DNA of 20,000 nucleotides from an uncultured virus (IMG/VR IMGVR_UViG_3300037149_000036) (taxonomy: Duplodnaviria > Heunggongvirae > Uroviricota > Caudoviricetes): IMG/VR virus record IMGVR_UViG_3300037149_000036. One strand, written 5' to 3'. Each line of letters begins with the position of its first letter. Within the stretch, counting starts at the first letter, position 1. Shown here piece after piece: positions 16,131 through 20,000 of this stretch. Made by a program: the position numbers and the translations under genes. The notes under the pieces were generated by a model. That model saw only the letters and a program-made list of their open reading frames with translations. It was not told where the DNA came from and did no database searches.

Positions 16131-16298
16131 ATGGCAAAAGGTGGAGGTGGTGCGGCGACCGCAACTCGTGTGGGGCAGCCGAAAGTAACGCGTGTGGGGC
16201 AGCCGAAGGGCATCGGTGCTCGCTCTGCCGCCCGCGCGATGGCGGGCAAGCCTGTCTCGTTCAAGTTCGGTAATTCCAAGAGCAAGACCAAAGGCTAG
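16131..16298 (+). CDS. Small Gly/Lys/Ala-rich basic peptide (55 aa, MAKGGGG...)
   Basis: AAGGAG RBS 7 nt before ATG 16131; internal duplication TRVGQPK x2. Confidence 0.75.
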   Translation: MAKGGGGAATATRVGQPKVTRVGQPKGIGARSAARAMAGKPVSFKFGNSKSKTKG

Positions 16299-16315
16299 GT
16301 GGGAGGTAAGCGGCC

Positions 16316-16996
16316 ATGATCAAGAAGCGCGCGGCAGGAAAGACGAAGCCAAAACCTAAGCTGGACCTCTCGAAGAGGGCAGACGCCGCCATGCGCGGAA
16401 AGGCTGACACTGCCGAGCGCGAGGCCGTGCTTGCGAAGTTGAACAAAGTGAAGGAGAAGCGCAAGAAGCTAGCTGCTGTCGGCAACGGCAAAGAGATCGC
16501 GCGCAATGCCGCCGTGATCGATAAGCAAATCACCAAGCTCGAAGAAACACTTACGTGCATCCGACTACGCAGCGGCGGCGCGAGCTACTCCGACATCGCC
16601 AGGACCATAGGTATTTCCGAGTCCCAAGCCCGCACGAACGTCGTCGAGGAAATGAAGCGGCTGAACACGGATATCCAGGAAGAGGCGCTTGAGCATCGGC
16701 AGCTTCAGCTTGAGCGAATCAACGCCATGATCCTCGACTACTGGCCGAAGAAGAGCAACGTCCGCGAAGGTGCCATGATCCTCGCGCTCATGAACAAGCA
16801 GGATGACCTCCTTGGCATCATCGCGCAGAACATCAACCTCCGCGTCAATCCCAGCACCATCCAGAAAATGACTGACGCCGAGCTTGACGAGTTCCTCAAA
16901 CGAAACGTTGACGCGCTGCAAAAGCCGGTTCCACTTCCTACGCTCAAGGGCGGAAAGAAGGGCGATGAAATCATCGAGGTGGGAAATGAAGATTGA
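16316..16996 (+). CDS. terS: Probable terminase small subunit (HTH protein)
   Basis: GGAGGT RBS; HTH IRLRSGGASYSDIARTIGISESQA, helical oligomerisation-like region, C-terminal MTDAELDEFL; lies upstream of terL. Confidence 0.75.
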   Translation: MIKKRAAGKTKPKPKLDLSKRADAAMRGKADTAEREAVLAKLNKVKEKRKKLAAVGNGKEIARNAAVIDKQITKLEETLTCIRLRSGGASYSDIARTIGISESQARTNVVEEMKRLNTDIQEEALEHRQLQLERINAMILDYWPKKSNVREGAMILALMNKQDDLLGIIAQNINLRVNPSTIQKMTDAELDEFLKRNVDALQKPVPLPTLKGGKKGDEIIEVGNED

Positions 16997-17432
16997 CGAA
17001 CGTGAACTACAGAGATTAGCCGAGCGCTTCTGCGCCGCGCCGCTCCCCGCCTCAGTTTGCGCGGATATGTGCGCTACGAAATCGGGGCAGGAGGTACGCT
17101 ATGGCACGAACCTCCTTACCGCTGAGGAGGCCAGGGAAGTTCTCCGCTACGTCCTCTCCGACCCCGAGCCGGCACCGCTTGTAGAGACGAAGCCTGGCAC
17201 ACACAAGGCCGAAGAACTCATCTTCGCCGCGTACAGCCGATGCCCGTGCGGACTCGGCCTTGCCTACGTCAAGGGAGAGGGTGGACAGGGGCTGTGGGAT
17301 TGCTCCGGCATTCTCATGGGCACGGCAGACGCCCGCGTCAAACACACCGACCAGCTACCGTTCATTTTCTACGACGTAAGATCAGAACTCCAGCCAAGCG
17401 TGCAGGGTGCAACCACGAGGCCGAAATCATGA
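16986..17432 (+). CDS. Hypothetical protein (148 aa, MKIDEREL...), probably two small domains
   Basis: GAGGT RBS before ATG 16986; stop overlaps the terL start (ATGA); GTNLLT motif followed by a CPC...C...H region. Confidence 0.75.
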   Translation: MKIDERELQRLAERFCAAPLPASVCADMCATKSGQEVRYGTNLLTAEEAREVLRYVLSDPEPAPLVETKPGTHKAEELIFAAYSRCPCGLGLAYVKGEGGQGLWDCSGILMGTADARVKHTDQLPFIFYDVRSELQPSVQGATTRPKS

Positions 17433-19786
17433 TGTCACGGGAGCAGAAAGCACAGATCGCAGAAGCGATCCGGGTCAAGGCTCAGCGCGAGCTGCTCCCG
17501 TTTATCATGTGGACGAAACCTGGGTACCTCGCGGGGTGGTTCCAGCACGTAGTCTGTGAGGCTATCGATCAGTTCATCGAAGACGTCCTTGCGCACCGTT
17601 CACCCCGGCTCATGCTCTTTGCCCCTCCCCGGCACGGGAAGAGCGAGATCGTGAGCCGTTCGATGCCAGCATTCGCGTTCGGCAAGAATCCCGATCTTTC
17701 TATCATCGCCACTTCGTATTCCAACGATCTCGCTTCGTCCATGAACCGCGACGTGCAGCGTCGGATCGACACACCGGAGTACCACCAGCTTTTCCCCGAC
17801 ACCACGCTCTCTCGTTCCTCCGTGCGCACCGTCACCGCAGCGGGCGCGTTCATGCGGAACTCCGACACCTTCGAGATTGTCGATCACACCGGGCTTTATA
17901 AAAGCGCTGGCGTACAGACCGGCATCTCAGGGCGCGGTTTTGACATTGGCATCATCGACGATCCGGTCAAGGATGCGCAAGAGGCCGGATCGCAAACCGT
18001 GCGCGACTCCGTGTGGGCGTGGTATCTCTCGACGTTCTTCACGCGCTGCATGCCCGGCGCTGGAATACTCGTGATCATGTGCATGACCGGAGACACTCCG
18101 GTGCTCATGGCCGATGGCACCGAGACGCCGTTGCGTGACGTGCGCGCAGGAGATACAATTGCAACCTATGAAAATGGGGAACTTACAACGTCCACGGTGC
18201 GGCATTGGAAAAACCAAGGTTGTGATCTTACCTATGGCATTAAGACGATTTCTGGTACAATCGTGAAAGCGAACGAGCGGCATCCTTTTCTCGTTTGCAG
18301 GAACGGAGATCTGGAATGGGTAAGACTGCAAAATCTGAAAGTGGGCGACAAGCTGGTTCGGGCCGCAATCAATGCGGGCAGTGGGGCAAATGGCGCGGCA
18401 TTATCTGCGCTGTTGATGGGTGCGAAGAGCCAGCCATTTGCAAAGGCATGTGCGCCCCGCACTACAGCAAAGCGCGGCACGCTGCTGGACTCTATCGAAA
18501 AGCCACGCCCGAAGAAAATAGGGTGCGGAGAATGCGCAATCGATATGGTATTGAGCCAGAAGAGTTCGACGCGCTGGTCGCCAAACAGCATGGCAAGTGC
18601 GCTGTCTGTGGAAAGCTGCCCACAAGAAGCAACTGTCGAGCGCACTGGGCAAACAAGCTTTGCGTTGACCACGACCACGCCACCGGCAGAATACGCGGGC
18701 TCTTGTGCAACGATTGCAACCTCGCCGTTGGATATGGTAAGACAGAAAGAGTTCTCCTCGCAGCCGCTAAGTACGTTCGAGATCAATCTCGACGAAATCG
18801 TTGAGATCGTCGAGGCTGGCTACGAAGACGTTTTCGATATTCAGGTAGACCGCACAGAGAACTTCATCGCCAACGGCTTGGTGTCCCACAATACGCGTTG
18901 GCACGCGGACGATCTTGCGGGCCGTCTCCTTGCGCAGATGGAGCGAGGCGGTGAGCAGTGGAAGGTTCTGCGTTTCCCGGCCATCGCTGAGACGAACGAG
19001 ACGTACCGGCGTAAGGGCGAGCCACTTCACGCCGAGCGCTACTCGCTGGAAATGCTCAACTCGATCCGCAAGGGCACTTCTGACGCCAAGGGCGCAACGG
19101 CTGGCGTGGGCTCCCAGGTGTGGGCCTCCCTCTACCAGCAGCGGCCATCGTTGATCGAGGGGAATATTTTCAAGGAACAAAATTGGAGGTACATCAAGTC
19201 GCCCACTGTGCCGCCGTCGATGATGAGTTACAAGGAACGGCGGCACTACTTACGCGAGCTTGGCATAACGCGCGTTATCCAGGTGTGGGATACGGCACTC
19301 GGTGCGAAGAAGCAGTCTGATTTCTCGGCTTGTGTGACGCTAGGTGTAGCGCCATCACGGTTCTATGTGATAGACGTGTGGAAAAAGCAAATCGAGTTCC
19401 CGGAAGTGAAGCGGCAGGTGCAACTCCTCTATGACAAATGGGTTCCCGCCAAGGTCTATATAGAGGGCGGTGGCTCTGCGTCAGGAAAGGCCACTGTCCA
19501 AGCCATGAAGAGGGACGCGCGCGTTCCAATTTATGAAACGGTTCACGCGGTTGATAAGGTTCTGCGTGCCAACGCCGTCAGTCCTCAGCAGGAGTCCGGC
19601 TTCTGCTATTTGTTCGAGGGCGAAGATTGGACGCATGATTTCGTTTCGATGTGCTCCGCGTTCCCGAACATTACTCATGACGATGACGTTGACGCGTTCA
19701 TCGGCGCGCTCGAAGAAGCAGTGGGACGGCGCGGACCCATGAACATCCCCGATTCACTTCTCAGGTCGGAAGGAGCGATAGCATGA
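17429..19786 (+). CDS. terL: Terminase large subunit (785-aa precursor; ~514 aa after intein removal)
   Basis: Walker A APPRHGKS, Walker B IGIIDDP, motif C IM|TRWH split by the intein, LYQQRP linker, RNase H-like nuclease QVWDTA...SDFSA...HDDDVDA. Confidence 0.95.
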   Translation: MMSREQKAQIAEAIRVKAQRELLPFIMWTKPGYLAGWFQHVVCEAIDQFIEDVLAHRSPRLMLFAPPRHGKSEIVSRSMPAFAFGKNPDLSIIATSYSNDLASSMNRDVQRRIDTPEYHQLFPDTTLSRSSVRTVTAAGAFMRNSDTFEIVDHTGLYKSAGVQTGISGRGFDIGIIDDPVKDAQEAGSQTVRDSVWAWYLSTFFTRCMPGAGILVIMCMTGDTPVLMADGTETPLRDVRAGDTIATYENGELTTSTVRHWKNQGCDLTYGIKTISGTIVKANERHPFLVCRNGDLEWVRLQNLKVGDKLVRAAINAGSGANGAALSALLMGAKSQPFAKACAPRTTAKRGTLLDSIEKPRPKKIGCGECAIDMVLSQKSSTRWSPNSMASALSVESCPQEATVERTGQTSFALTTTTPPAEYAGSCATIATSPLDMVRQKEFSSQPLSTFEINLDEIVEIVEAGYEDVFDIQVDRTENFIANGLVSHNTRWHADDLAGRLLAQMERGGEQWKVLRFPAIAETNETYRRKGEPLHAERYSLEMLNSIRKGTSDAKGATAGVGSQVWASLYQQRPSLIEGNIFKEQNWRYIKSPTVPPSMMSYKERRHYLRELGITRVIQVWDTALGAKKQSDFSACVTLGVAPSRFYVIDVWKKQIEFPEVKRQVQLLYDKWVPAKVYIEGGGSASGKATVQAMKRDARVPIYETVHAVDKVLRANAVSPQQESGFCYLFEGEDWTHDFVSMCSAFPNITHDDDVDAFIGALEEAVGRRGPMNIPDSLLRSEGAIA
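18080..18892 (+). mobile_element. Intein (271 aa) in terL
   Basis: Block A CMTGDTPVLMADG, block B ANERHPFLV, block F EDVFDIQV..TENFIANG, block G VSHN followed by Thr+1; removal restores ILVIMTRWH. Confidence 0.95.
18316..18804 (+). CDS. Endonuclease VII-like His-Me (HNH-type) nuclease, 162 aa, nested inside the intein in an alternate frame
   Basis: RYGI..EEF..L...Q.GKCAVC...LCVDHDHATGRIRGLLCNDCNLAVG; N-terminal CAVDGC...KGMCAPHY zinc finger; GGAG (18305-18308) 7 nt before ATG 18316. Confidence 0.88.
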   Translation: MGKTAKSESGRQAGSGRNQCGQWGKWRGIICAVDGCEEPAICKGMCAPHYSKARHAAGLYRKATPEENRVRRMRNRYGIEPEEFDALVAKQHGKCAVCGKLPTRSNCRAHWANKLCVDHDHATGRIRGLLCNDCNLAVGYGKTERVLLAAAKYVRDQSRRNR

Positions 19787-19947
19787 GCGACGGCAAGAAA
19801 ACCGAAGAAGTTAAGCGCTTCACCGTCGACGGCAGGTCTGGATCTTGGTGCCCGCTCGGCGACACCGGGCTCATCAAACTTCTTTTCGATGACGGCGAGT
19901 GTGTCATTGCGGAAATGCACGAAGACGCCGCGAAGGAAACGAAATGA
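19783..19947 (+). CDS. Hypothetical protein (54 aa, MSDGKKTEE...), below the ORF track cutoff
   Basis: AAGGAG RBS; ATGA overlaps at both ends. Confidence 0.7.
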   Translation: MSDGKKTEEVKRFTVDGRSGSWCPLGDTGLIKLLFDDGECVIAEMHEDAAKETK

Positions 19948-20000
19948 ACATCCCCTGGGTCTCCAAGAAATTCAAGTACTGGCAAGACCTCCGCGCCCTT
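19944..20000 (+). CDS. Partial ORF (MNIPWVSKKFKYWQDLRAL...), by position possibly the portal gene
   Basis: ATGA coupling and AAGGA upstream; only 19 codons visible, so identity rests on synteny alone. Confidence 0.45.
   Translation, partial: MNIPWVSKKFKYWQDLRAL

Noticed and set aside
17240..17428. 63-aa N-terminal extension of TerL in the ORF track
   Set aside because: It overlaps the upstream gene; the ATGA-coupled start at 17429 fits better.

Overview
Window from a tailed dsDNA phage or prophage genome (GC-rich coding regions, host not determinable), spanning the divergence between two arms. Minus strand (1-12.9 kb) is a tightly packed early/replication arm: DUF932-like protein, ATP-dependent DNA ligase, minimal J-domain/zinc-finger protein, a protein with an ~80-residue Asp/Glu tract, a long coiled-coil protein, a DEDDh 3'-5' exonuclease, a Toprim primase-SF3 helicase and many small ORFs. 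It has two sigma70-like promoters, each followed by a structured untranslated leader. A ~1.4 kb non-coding interval (13.1-14.4 kb) holds a strand-asymmetric tract and seven copies of a spaced motif (origin and/or packaging site candidate). Plus strand (14.4-20 kb) is the packaging module: ParB-like/DUF4417 fusion, small Gly/Lys-rich peptide, terminase small subunit, a hypothetical protein and an intein-interrupted terminase large subunit. The most striking feature is that the 271-aa intein has no in-frame homing endonuclease; instead a complete endonuclease VII-type (His-Me) nuclease gene with its own RBS is nested inside it in an overlapping reading frame. All family calls are from motif recognition by eye; no database searches were run.
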